A stretch of DNA of 64,000 nt from Selaginella moellendorffii (lineage: Eukaryota > Plantae > Lycopodiophyta): positions 306,658 through 370,657 of the forward strand of contig NW_003314395.1 of assembly GCF_000143415.4 (NCBI RefSeq), written 5' to 3'. Shown piece after piece: positions 12,250 through 23,871 of this stretch (position 1 is the stretch's first letter; every line of letters begins with the position of its first letter). Below the pieces are notes generated by a model, which ran no database searches, had not been told where the DNA came from, and was given only the letters and a program-made list of their open reading frames with translations. A program made the translations under genes and the position numbers.

Positions 12250-13582
12250 AATATTATAGCGTGTGGGCTCATGCAATTTTGAACCAAAGAAACCCAAAAA
12301 ACGTTGGACCCAAAATATTTTGAAAAAACCCGAAAAACCCTAAACATTTTAAACCCAAAAATCCAGGCATCTTGTGGCGTTATTCCTTGAATGGCATGTG
12401 GGCGCATGCCATTTTCAGGGCCAAATGCTGAATGGAGAAAAATTCCCTTTCAGTGCAAATGCTGTAAGAGGCAGATGCCGAGCACAAAGGACTGTAACTA
12501 CCTCACATGACACAGATAAACTTTTCTTTATCTGGCAAAGATAAACTTTATAGCGTGTGGGCTCATGCAATTTTGAACCCAAAAAATGCACCAAAAAATT
12601 CTCGGCGTCATCTGGCATTATCTCTTGAATGGCGTGGGGCCGCATGCCATTTTCAGGGGCACATAGGAGTATATTCCTAGGATATTCTGACACGCGCGAG
12701 ATTGTTTTGAGTTTTCTGGAGATCCAACCGTTAGATCGCAACTAGATTTTACAGAATGGTATACAATGTCTTTCTTGATGACTCTGCAAAGAAGCATCTC
12801 GATCAGACACCACATGAGACCACACAAGCTTTACAATGTTTCAGGGGCATTTGCCATAGATCCGACCGTTATTTTGCTCCAAGATTTTACAGTTTGGTGT
12901 GCATTGACCTTTCCATCAACACTGCAAAGGGACATCACAATCAGATGCGGGATCACAAGAAACTAACTTCACTAACTCTGGTTTCACCAAGATCTACGTA
13001 AGGAGTTATGAAATGAAAGGACCCTCTCTATTGAAATATGTTTATGGTCTTAGGGGCATTGTGACATATCAAAGAATTTTACATCAAGTTCTGTATTTGC
13101 ATGTTTATCAAGCTACTGAATTGCTAAACCCTAAACCCTAAACCCTAAACATGTGGCAAATGCTGCGTGAAGAAAGATGCCCTTTCTGGGCAAATGCTGT
13201 AAGAGGCAGATGCCGAGCAGATGTATCTCAGGTTAGCGAAGGGGACAAACGAAAGCTAGCTATAAACATGACGGGATGCAAATAGATTACTAGGTTGGTC
13301 CTGCGAAAATCAAAAACCATAATTGAAAACATTGAAAATGCAAAAAGAAAGGTTTATAATATTTTTGAATTTTAAGCAACCAAAGGAATGTAAGTAGGGC
13401 ATGTGTTTGTAAGTTTAAAAATGCCTCAACCACTTAAATTCCCAAGTAAATAAAGTTGTTTCTATTTTTGGTACAGGTAAACTTTATAGCGTGTGGGCTC
13501 ATGCAATTTTGAACCCAAAAATGCACCAAAAAATGCTCGACTAGCATTATTCTTTGAATGGCATGTGGCCTTATATTGCCAT
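12250..13582. repeat. Dispersed ~100-160 bp repeats, three copies starting ~12256, 12550 and 13486
   Basis: Each begins TATAGCGTGTGGGCTCATGCAATTTTGAACC and ends near TTGAATGGCRTG; GCAAATGCTGTAAGAGGCAGATGCCGAGCA is also duplicated (~12455, ~13190). Confidence 0.85.
13124..13150 (+). repeat. Short interstitial plant telomere-type repeat, (CCCTAAA) x ~4
   Basis: CTAAACCCTAAACCCTAAACCCTAAAC. Confidence 0.85.
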
Positions 13583-14264
13583 AAATGGACGTACACACAC
13601 AGCATAATTATTCCTTTACACGGCGAATAATCTTGGCGCAGATCGCTGACATGGCATGGCAAAGTTCGAATCACTGACATGGCACAACTGGATCGAGGCA
13701 AGGACATGATGTGACAAAGTTCAACCTCCGACAGCAAAGTCTAGAAGCTACTCAGTTTGAAATTTGTCAGAGGAGTCATAAGATCTGGTTTGTCAGAGGA
13801 TTTGATGTGACGTTCAAGCGTGTGTTATTTTTGAATTCTCGAACTCATTCCTAGGTCTATCATTTTTGTGTGCCGTGTTCTTGGTTCCGCTGAGCGCAGT
13901 GAGCACTGCTTGTGTAAGCGGCGTTATGAGCTGTGGTTTATGCGTCTACGAGCGGTTGTGGCATTGCGAGCGCTATTGCGAGCGGCAGTTTATGCAAGTG
14001 GCAGTTTGTGCGAGCGGCGCTACGAGCAGTTGCGGTGTTGCGAGCGGCACTGTCTTTGGTGTGGCTACCGCTTCCTCTTGATATTCGGCACTTGTGCTTC
14101 CTAGTATGTTCACCATGGAATGGCATAGGACCACATTTAGAAATGGCATGAGGCCACATGCCATCTTGGGCCCTTGTAATTTCATGGCTAGCGTATTCTC
14201 ATGTATGTTTTTACTTGCCTGCAGCTGTGTGTATATCAAGATGGCATGAGGCCTCATGCCATCT

Positions 14265-14408
14265 TTGGCCCCTGCTAGCCTATTGCCATATTCCTTTTGC
14301 CTTGCTGCAACTGTATATATTTTTGTATGGGTGACTAGTCACGCACACAAAAATATATACAGTTGCAGCAAGGCAAAAGGAATATAGCAACAGGCTAGCA
14401 GGGGCCAA
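14265..14408. repeat. 144-bp near-perfect palindrome with no spacer, centred on GTGACT|AGTCAC
   Basis: 72-bp arms 14265-14336 and 14337-14408 are reverse complements with 4 mismatches. Confidence 0.95.
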
Positions 14409-14409
14409 G

Positions 14410-14866
14410 AGGGTGAAGGGTGAGGACCAATGAGCCACAAAGTATTCAAGTGAGGCACCACTCCATATGAGCCAGAAGCACTACAGTCGGTTTCCCTTTC
14501 GGGAGTGGGAGCTACTCTTGAGCACTTCCTTGGGTGGCCCCTCCGACACCACCCAAGTTCATGCCCACTCCCACCCAAGGCCCTTCAGCCCCAGTCTCAA
14601 CCTCAAGTCAGTTTGGAAGCACCACTGGAAAGTTCTTTCAAGACTGATTCCTGGACTTTACTATCCCCACTATACTTTTGGAACCCCCGGGAGATGCACA
14701 CTTTAGGCTTTCACCCTTTGACCTGTATTAGTACTTGGATTTGATCTCGGACTCTATCTCGAACTTGGTCTTAGAGTCGGTCTTGGACTCAATCTCAGAC
14801 CCGGTCCCATTCGATGAACTCTTTGTCATTTTGGTCATTCTTTCGGGGAATTTTTAGCCTACGACA
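14410..14866. mobile_element. LTR-like fragment related to the 42827 LTR family
   Basis: Shares CTATCCC.ACTATACTTTTGGAACCCCC and CTTT.GGCTTTCACCC with 43351-43426; ends ...CGACA like that LTR. Confidence 0.5.
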
Positions 14867-15099
14867 CCTCAAAGAGTTGGTTCCTTAAAGCCGTATACTA
14901 ATATTAGCATAGTGGGATTTTGGTAGCTGTCAGATTGATTTCAATCCGGACCACTCACTTTTGTATATAAACTAAAGTTTTTGGGTTAATTGATATGCAC
15001 ATTCCCTTTCCATATTCTAAACACTCACAAAAGCAAATTAATTACACTTAATTAGAAAACTTTAAATAACTGCTTACACTATCAAGATTGAAAGAATAC

Positions 15100-15253
15100 T
15101 TATTACCATGAAGTTATGAAGTTGTTAATTTTTCTCTGTACAATAAACATCAAACTCATGAGTGTTACAAAGAGCCATCCTTATTACCATGAAGTCATTA
15201 ATTTTTCTCTGTACAATACACATCAAACTCGTGATTGTTACAAAGAGCCATCC
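15100..15253. repeat. Two-copy tandem duplication of ~75-80 bp
   Basis: TTATTACCATGAAGT...TGTTACAAAGAGCCATCC occurs twice. Confidence 0.85.
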
Positions 15254-15357
15254 CAAAATCACGCTTGCGGATCAGGAGAAACGAAAAATGAAGAAAAAAA
15301 AGAAACTAGAAATCCCTTTTGGTGTGGTGTCAGTGTTGGTCTGTTGTCTGTCGTGGA

Positions 15358-15653
15358 TCAATCCTCCATGTTCCCCTGCAATATGGACAGCTCCCCTTCC
15401 TTCATAAGTATGCCCTCCTCCAGGAGATGAACTCTCCGCTTGAGCACTTCCACCTCGGCACTCATTCGCAGGGCCTCTCATCCCAGTTGCTCCGCCTCGC
15501 TTTTGATCGAGTTCCTCTCCTTTCTCGTTCTCACCAGCTCCTCCTTGACTTTGCTCCAGTCCTGGACCCGATCGTTCAGTCCGCGTTGGAGCCAAGTTAT
15601 CTTCTCTTCCTTCTCAGCAAACATCACCCAAGTTCTACCGTCAGAAAAGCAAA

Positions 15654-15711
<58 letters not shown>

Positions 15712-18700
15712 TACCTTGTGCTCGAGGCTAATCACTCGCTGGGCGGCCTCGTCCACGAGCCCTTGCAGCTTCACAGCGTCCTTCTTCAGCACGAAACGAT
15801 CCTCCACGGTCCTTTTCGTTTCAACGTCTTGGTGCTCGAGCTCCACTTCTCGCGTGCACAGCTTCTCCCTCAACAGCACGCAATGCATGTCTTGCACCTT
15901 GAGCTCCTCTTTCAGATCGTTAGCTTGCTCTTTCATCTGGACAAAGCACAATCACAGTTTGATTAGAACAAAGTAACCACGACAAAGCTTTTACCTGTTC
16001 CAGCTCGGTCTCGCTTTTCTGGCGAAGCTCCGATTCTTGTTTGAACCTCGTTTGAAGGTCCACAATCTCCTTCTCCTTTGCATTGTACAGCCTGAACAGC
16101 TCTTCATTTCTACCGGTCAGTCGTTGGATCCGTGTCTCGAGCGTCTTTCTGGCCTCGGACATGTTTTGCTCCAGCCCCTGAATCGTCACATCCTTTTTCC
16201 CGCACTCCGTACGCGCTGCAAAAAGCTCTGATTCACGCTCCAGCAACTTGTCTTTCATCAAATCCAGTCGCTCGCTCATTTGGTTGAGCTGCTCGGCAGA
16301 CACCTGCACATTGTCGGACTGATAAGGTAAGATGCCAAGAGCAAAAAAGATAAAGCGCTCTCACCTCTAAACACTTTTGAACGTCGCACTCCGTGTCTTC
16401 ATTCCCGTCCTCGCTTACCCTTTTCCTGAAGGCCGCCTGCTTGGCTACGATTCCCTGTAGGAGCCTGTTCGTCTTCACTACAGCTTGTAACCGTGTTTCT
16501 AGCCATTTGAAATCTTTGTCTTTATCCTGTAGCTGCAGCTTCCGCTTCGCGATCTCGTCCTGTAAGCTTTTGACCTCCTCGTCGACATTTTTCTTACGCG
16601 ATTCCATCTCGCGGATAGAGTCGGTCTTTGTCTTCTCCTCCCTCAATGCGGTGCTGAGCTTGATCGTGAGGATCGAGTTGTGTTCTTGCAGCTCATAAAT
16701 CTGTGTTTTCAGCCTGTCTACCTCCGAGTGATATTCAAAGCCAGGCTTTACAGTGCCGTTGCTGCCATCCCTCTCTTCGACCTTTGCTTTGTCCACAAGT
16801 TTCTTCAGCTCCCGCCTCAAGGCTGTTGCTTCGCGGTTTGAAGCATCCAATTCGCGACGTAGGCCCTGTTCTATTGTACTCAGTCTCACGAGCTCGTTTT
16901 GCAGCCTCACGACGGCTTTGTCTTTTTCCTGTGGCCTCGAATCTGTAACGTTATTGAGCCCATTGTAGAGACCTTGGATGCTTTTTTCGTGGTCTGTACA
17001 CAGCTGCTGTAGCCTGGCCACCAGACGACGTAGATCCGTATTCTCATCCTCCCTTTCTTGACAAGACTTTCTCAAGGACGCAAGTTCATCTTCTGTATGC
17101 ATGCTCTGCTTACGGGTGTTGACAGAGGATTCCCGTATCTCCAAAATAACTTTCTCTGCCTCGTCTAGCTTCTTCTTGTGTGTCGCAATCTGATCTTCAT
17201 ACTGCCTTATCTGTTCCCGCAGGCCTTTCTCCCTAGCAGCCATTGACGCTGTCTCCTTTTGCAAGCTTACATTATTCTCCGCAATGTCCCGGACTCTTCC
17301 CTTAAGCCTTGTCTCCTCCATCTGTGCCTTCTCCAGTCTCGCTATCCAATCGGCCTCCCTTCGCTGTAATTCCTCTTCCAATGAAGTCTGCTGGTCAGAT
17401 TTTTCTCTTTCCGAGGTAACCGCGGCTAACTCGAGTCTTCTCTTCATGAGTGCCAATCCATCCTTGATGGTTACTTGCTCAAGAAGACGTTGCTTGGCTT
17501 CTGAAGCAGCCTCCAGCGCCAGCCTGAGCTTTTGCTCCAGCAACTCCCGCGCCCTGCTCTGCACGTCGGGAGTTTCCTGGACGCCATCAAAATCCGAGTC
17601 GTCACTTAAGTAGGAATCTGCCAGCTCTGCTTTCACGGCCTGGACTTGCTTCTCCGCTTCACTTGCACGTTCTTGAGCTATGTAGTGCATGTTGTCAACT
17701 TGGTCCTCGTACTCCTTTAGTTTGTTATCTAAGTCCATTAGCTCACTGTCAGTTTTAAGGACCTCCCGCCTGCCTAGTGGAAACATTTCCCTGGATCTGG
17801 AGTTCCTGAAGCTGCCGTAGCTGAGGTATCGATTGTCGGAAAAATCCAGAACGATCTCGTTGGGATCAACCTCTGCTGCACTCGATTCATTGAGATAACT
17901 TTTGAGGGCGCGGGTGGAATTGGAATCCTTGTAAGGGCTGCTGTTAGTCACCCCACTGCTTCCTTCAGAAAAGCTAGCCGGCGCTCTCAAGTCCTTCTTC
18001 GAGCCACCGGTCCCCCGAATAGCCTTGGCCAGCTTCTCAGCGACAAGCCTGGCGCCTTTAGCCTTCCCAGGCGCCTTGTCATTGTCCCTACGAAACTTGT
18101 ATGGAACAATGGCTTCGTCATACTCGACGATTGCTCGCCTCTCCCCGAACGAATTCGAGCCCGAAGTAGCTACTGACAAATTCTCTGCCGAGTCTGTCCT
18201 GCCGTGACCTCGCGTTCTGCCAGGACTTAAGTGTGACACGAAGCTGGACAGCAGTGCAAACGGTCCCTCTGCGGAAGGATTTCCATCCTCAAACCTGTGC
18301 TGACTCGACTTTGCTTTGGAGTCTCCAGAAAATGGCATCCGCAGCCTGGGAGCGCTCTTAGTCCGTTTGGCATGCTGCCTTTCCTTACCAAGTCCAGGGG
18401 GCCTGAAAATTCAAGCGAACAGTTCAGAGAACACGAAGAAGAATTTTTCTGTAAACCAAAACAAAGAAACTCACGGTTGTAGTACTGTGTCCATGTTGGG
18501 CCTGTATCTTGACTCGGCTGTGCTCCTTGTTTCATCCGTCAAGGCACGCATCCTATGGGCCGACTGGAAGTAGGCCGTGGGAGAGCAAGCGCGCACGCTG
18601 AGAACTTGCTTCTCCTCGCAATCGTCCTCGCAATACGGGCCACTGCGAGAAGCCGGCGACGCCAGGTCCATCTCTATACTCCTTCCTGGATGCGCTAGCC

Positions 18701-19004
18701 TTCTCGCCGCTGCCAGAGCCGCCTTTTCCTCCTTACTTGGTGGAGTAGCGTCCCACATTTTCCCCTCTTTTGGGAGAGTGTGCTCCCTCCTGCTGACGGC
18801 CCTGGTTTCTTCCCCGCGAGGAGTCGTGCTGCGACCCCATTTGAAAGGAGATCTCGAGCGAGCTGGGGATTTCTGGCGAGCGGCGGGCGCTGTGACGCAT
18901 TCCTTGTCCTGCGTCAGGGTGCTTTGGCTGGAGACGTCCTTGAGAGGGGAGGGAGATTCGCCGGACGATGCCGGGGACAGGATGGAGGGAAAAATCCGCC
19001 TCAT
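15358..19004 (-). CDS. Long coiled-coil protein, AT2G39300/AT3G55060-like plant family; ~5 exons; in-frame TGA at 15478-15480
   Basis: Start MRRIFPS (19004); introns ~18403-18474, 16304-16364, 15937-15994 and one starting at 15714 (acceptor unclear). Family-like segments LEEELQRREADWIARLEKAQMEETRLKGRVRDIAENNVSLQKE and LEEGILMKEGELSIL. Confidence 0.8.
15659..15706. repeat. (GA)n microsatellite in an intron
   Basis: About 24 GA units. Confidence 0.95.
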
Positions 19005-22000
19005 CTCATCGACTTCCAGCACGGCAGCACCAGCATTGATCCTGTTTGGCCCAAAGGGAAAAATTTTCAAAGCTCTTGATCACTCCACATTGATGAGAAC
19101 TCTCGCTTACCTCGAAAAGGAGAGTCGAGTGATCCTGCGCCTTTCTCCAGTCAACCTCGCAGCCGGCGCTTTCGCAGCGCTCAATCACCGCCAGTGCCGT
19201 AATTGCTGAAGAGGACCGCCCGCTCCATTCGATTCCACTTCGTCCCCGCGGCACAGGACCGACGACGCTGCCGAAATTTCGATCCACAAGCGCGTCTTGC
19301 CCGCATCCAAGCGATATTTCGCTCGAAAGGCCTCGAGAATCGCCGAGAATCTCCGAGAAGCAGCAGCTTTCCCCCCGAGACTCCCAGGATCAATCAAAAG
19401 CGCTTGAAACAGCGGTCGCGCCTGGCGTCGCGGCACCTGGTGGAGTGAAGCTCACACGGAGAACCACCGAAAACCTAAAGGAGCAGCGGCAGCGACTAGG
19501 CTGGAACAAAGAAGAAAGGAACCTTGCTACTTATTTATCGTTTAGTTATAGTAGAACGATAATAAGGCAATAGAAAATTATAGCGTTGGTAGATGTGTCT
19601 CATGGGCATTACCATGCCCATCCAGCACGCTCCACGGTACACGTCATGCAGAGAGCGTCCCAAGAGCGTCCCATGCCCATGCATACGAATTGGCGGCAAT
19701 GGGGCCATTGCTATTCTATACGTAAACAGCGTAAGATGCGCGCGGCAAAAATGGTTTTGAAATTACCATGACCGCGGAATTAAGGAGCAATAGTGGGGGG
19801 CGTGGTAGGAATTTTGGGCCTGTCCGTACATCCCATTTCATGCCACCTGGCAGCGAAAGCAAGCAAACGTCCTTGTTCCTGGAGATATGAGGAAGATTCC
19901 CTCTTGTCTAACCTCGGATGCCTTAATTCGTCCACCGTTTGGCACCTAGAAAATTCCTATCAACTGTTGTTGGTCGTGAATCGTGGTGGTGGAAGGAGGA
20001 ACCCTAGAAATTTCTCAATGGAGCGAGAATGGGTGATGTTTTCGGTGCGTCGTTACTCAAACTCTTTCCACCTCGTGGTGTGTGGCGGCATTAACAAAGG
20101 ATTCCACGAAGAACAGATCGACTCGTATGAAAACTAAATGCAAAGGTTGGGAAAACATGGGATTTCATTAAGATTTCATGACCTTTTTAGCGGCTTAGAA
20201 CATTCGGTACGTGGCGCGGATCTGTGCACACATGATCGTTCGTTCCCGTGTTCTTGTTCTACGTTGTTTTTAAATGGTTAGCGTTAGATTATGATTGACC
20301 TGGCTCAAGATTGTTTGCCCACGCTCTTTTCCTCTCCCAGGTTTTCTTGTTTGTTTTTCATCTCGAATGTATGTATGCTGCCCAAGGTTCATCATTGGGA
20401 AACTGGCAAAAGGAAAAACCCATGGAGCAAACAAGCAAGCTTCTTCTCACTCTGTGTGTGTGAGTGTGTGTCAGGGGGGTTGAACAAGACACACACAGGC
20501 TTCACGCATGCTTCCCAACCAAACCAACACAAAGGACTCCCTCTCACTCTCTGGAGACGGAAAAGGCTGCAAAGGGTCAGCTAGGCAGCCAGGAACAAAA
20601 GCAAGCTTTTTTGTGAAATCTGGTGCTGCCAGAGAGGCCAGCCATCACCACAATCCGGTTGTTGCTTGCCAGCATTCTCGCAAATCCAGCGCGTTTAGCT
20701 GATCTAAATCGAGTCAATCCTCCAGAAACTATGACATTGCTTATTATGGTTTGCAGTTTTGGGCCACTACTCCTCTTGAGTGCTCAAATCTGAGATCTTG
20801 AGCTCCTGAGAGGATTCATCCTAAACTAAGAACTTTTCCCTTCTCTCACCTCCCTTTCCAGAGCAGAGGTTGGTACAAGCTTCCTTTGAGGAATAGTGCA
20901 AACCAACCTGGCATGCTGATCTGGTTGGGGCATTTTTTTTTCTATGCTTTCTTTATGGTTATTTTTACCTCTTTTTCTCCAAGCTTTGAAGCTAAAAAGT
21001 GGTGTTTGGCATGTGAGGTTGATTCCCTTGAAAGAAAGGGCAAGCAGTAATGACAACAATGCAGCACACACCCACAAACATACACTCACTCACTTCCCTT
21101 TACAATCCAGCATTTGTGCTGGATTGGGTTGCAATTGGAATGCATTTGGGTTGGTCCCCTCTCTCTGCTTTTGCCCTCTATAACTTAGAGAACAAAACAC
21201 TTTTCCCTTGGAAAGAGGTGGAAGCTTTTGCAGGTGTAGTGTGTACCACAGGTAAGCAGGCAGCTCCACCACCTGAAGCCCACTATCATTGCTTATGAGT
21301 GAAATGGAAATAATCATACACTCTCACAGCTTCACCAGGAGTTGTAAGCCTCACTCTCAGTGTTGGTCAAGAGAAATCACCCACCCAGCCTTGGATTCCT
21401 TTGAAGCAAGGTTAAAGCTTTTTGTTTATTACTTTTACTGTACAGGGCCCCGTGACCACTGTTCGTAAAAAACAGAAGTTACCAGGTACAATCATTCAGG
21501 TTCTCCAGGAAACAGCGATTTCAGCAAATGATAGTGCAAATCAGAGCTGGTAAACTGCGTCAACTTGTGCTCGATCGCAAATGGAATCTAGCAGTTTGCA
21601 TGCAATTTGCTATAGACAATGGCATTTGCACTTTCTCCCGTAATCTTCTTAAGATCGTCTTGAAAGAAAAAAAATGAAACAAGGATGCATGGTCCGCTCT
21701 TTGTGTGTGACGCCACCTTTTGTAGGCGTTACATAAGCAAAACAAAGGAGGCCTCTCATTCCATCGATGGTTCACGCAGAATGACTGGACGATGAGACCT
21801 CGCTCGTACTCTACGACACGCGCCAAAGCGTAGCGAGCAAACAAACAAAACAAACAAACAAACAAGGAGAAGGGAAGCTCAGTGTGGCTGCAAGGGCGAA
21901 AGCGAGAGCAGAGCAGACCTGACTGTGAACAGCGACTCTCACTGAAGTTGACCCTGTGATGAACCCACTCAAGCTTCCCTGCTCTTCTATATCTTTTTTT

Positions 22001-22170
22001 TCCTTTGATTTTCGTCAGAAATTCTGCATGGTCCTAGTACCGAAATCACTGTTTTGCACAAGTATGTCTGTACAAAAACTTCCACTTTTCAGTGGTTATA
22101 CCGACAAATGGATCTCTAACAAATATCCCATCTCGGGCTAAACGACGCGTCAGTTTGAGGGTTTTAGAGC

Positions 22171-23558
22171 ATGAAGAACAGCTCGTCCTGGATCATCGGA
22201 GCGCTGCTGCTGGTATCGCTTGCCAATGCTACTTCAGGTAAGCTTGTTTGTGAGCTATCTCTTGCTCAAAACATTTGTTCTAGTGGAGCCTGGGTTTACT
22301 GTCAAGACCTTGTTTGATCTCGGCAAGCACTCGGCAAATGCCTTTGCCTTGTATCCAGACCCGCGGAAAAAGTTTGTGTTGGCGCTTGATTCCAGTGGCA
22401 ATCGCATATGGAAGCTGAGACTGCCACTCTCGCAGAGTAAGCACTAGAACCTTTTCTTATGCTTTGTTTTGTGGCTCCAAAGCTTAAGATTTATTTTTTT
22501 CCTCTAGACAGCAGCTTGGAAGCTTTTGCCGGTTCATTCGTGGGGGAGTCCGGCTATGTCGACGGCCCCGCGGCAAAGTCACTTTTTAATCGCCCACAAA
22601 GCCTTTCTATTTGCGACAATGGCGCGGTCTTTGTGGCGGATACGAGGAACTTGGCTATACGCAAAATCAGCAAGGATGGCGAAGGTAGTTTCGTTCTCTT
22701 TTAAAAATCTCTAGAACATGTTTTCTAGTTCCAACAGTGACCACCATTGCCGGAGGTAGCTCTCGAAAGCCAGGCTTTGCCGGAGACACAGCTCGTTTCT
22801 CAAGCGAGTTTAGCTTGGCGTGTTCTTGTGGCTCCTTACTCATAGCCGATTGCGGGAACCGGCTGATTCGCGAGATACAAATCGATGATCCAAAGTCGTG
22901 TGATTCAAGCGATTCAGCCGTTTCAGGTGACTTCTCATCCTTTACCTGGATTTTTTTTCTTTCGATTGGATTTAAAACTCCTGCTTTTTGCTGATTTCAT
23001 GATCAGGATCACAAAAATGGGCTTTAATTCCCGTAGTGCTGCTTGGCGTCTGTCTGGGGATGCCTCTGGGAGCTTTTATAATTTGGAAGATACTTGATCA
23101 GCGACTCCGGCAAGTAAGTTTCACGAGCAAAGCTGGTGACTCTTATGAAAATATTTCTAGGCAGGCGATCAGCTGGGAAACACCGAAAGATTGCTGGCGG
23201 ACGTTCCGGAGGACGATGATCTCCAAGTTTGGCAGCGGAAGCGAACTTGCTAGCGCCGTCTTTAGTCTTTTCCTGCTTGTATGTCATCAGGCACAGCTCC
23301 TCGCATCTGTCTTCTTTGGTGTTGCACACGAAGCCAACTGCGCCTGTCAAACAAGATCAAGACCTCCACTCTCTCCTTGGAAACACGAAAGATGAGCTTC
23401 CAGACCTCATTGATTTCATGGAAGACTCTCCCAACTTGGATGCTTCTGTTGCTCCTTCTCGCCTTCTTCCTTTTCGGGATTCGAGGAATTCGACTATAGC
23501 GCTGGAGTGTTTGGAGAAGTTCCAGCAGGAATTCAAGGACAAGCTCAAGCACAGCTAA
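22171..23558 (+). CDS. NHL-repeat membrane protein (signal peptide, NHL propeller, TM), copy 1; tail frameshifted, stop at 23395 versus ancestral 23558
   Basis: MKNSSSWIIGALLLVSLANATS; AGSFVGESGYVDGPAAKSLFNRPQSL..VFVADTRNLAIRKI..VTTIAGG; TM WALIPVVLLGVCLGMPLGAFIIW; five short GT-AG introns. Confidence 0.8.
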
Positions 23559-23620
23559 GAATGTGCTCACACAAACTTTGTTTTTCCACTCTTCTTGAAT
23601 AGTCGATTGTTTCACAAATA

Positions 23621-23757
23621 GGTTGACGCTCATGTTCCAGCGCAAGGCGTTTCTCCACTGGTACACCGGCGAGGAGATGGACGAGTTCGAGTTCTCTTAG
23701 GCGGAGAGCAATCGTGACCGAGTACCAGCGGTACTGGGACGCTTCCATCGACGACAA
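23621..23757 (+). pseudogene. TUB: Beta-tubulin C-terminal fragment
   Basis: [36 protein letters not shown] matches beta-tubulin [42 protein letters not shown]. Confidence 0.9.
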
Positions 23758-23871
23758 TGACTTTGGGGTAAAAACGAGTTCCCTTTTTTTCACACAAAGG
23801 CAAAAGTATTACTATTTTTTTCCAAGTCAAGGGTTAGGTTATACTTTCTCGCTTGGATTTTTCTATTCGAG

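Larger units (their letters stand above)
5585..14408. mobile_element. Putative large mobile element or island of unknown class, marked by a dispersed 22-bp palindrome
   Basis: ATGGCRTG-N6-CAYGCCAT motif seen only in this interval; TE debris on both sides; subterminal repeats and a terminal palindrome. No transposase, TIR or TSD recognised. Confidence 0.5.

Noticed and set aside
5585-14262. CRISPR array or bacterial REP/contaminant reading of the 22-bp palindromes
   Set aside because: Spacing is irregular, no cas genes are present, and the associated gene has spliceosomal-type introns amid plant retroelements.
5490-14408. Assignment to Helitron, CACTA or Mutator
   Set aside because: No Rep/helicase or DDE transposase motifs, TIRs or TSD recognised; CTAG at the palindrome centre is not enough.
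15440-15976. ORFs with ERERER or LSLSLS runs
   Set aside because: Translation of an intronic (GA)n microsatellite.
21868-21988. miR159/319 or miR408 identity for the hairpin
   Set aside because: Only short partial resemblance; the mature sequences are not present.
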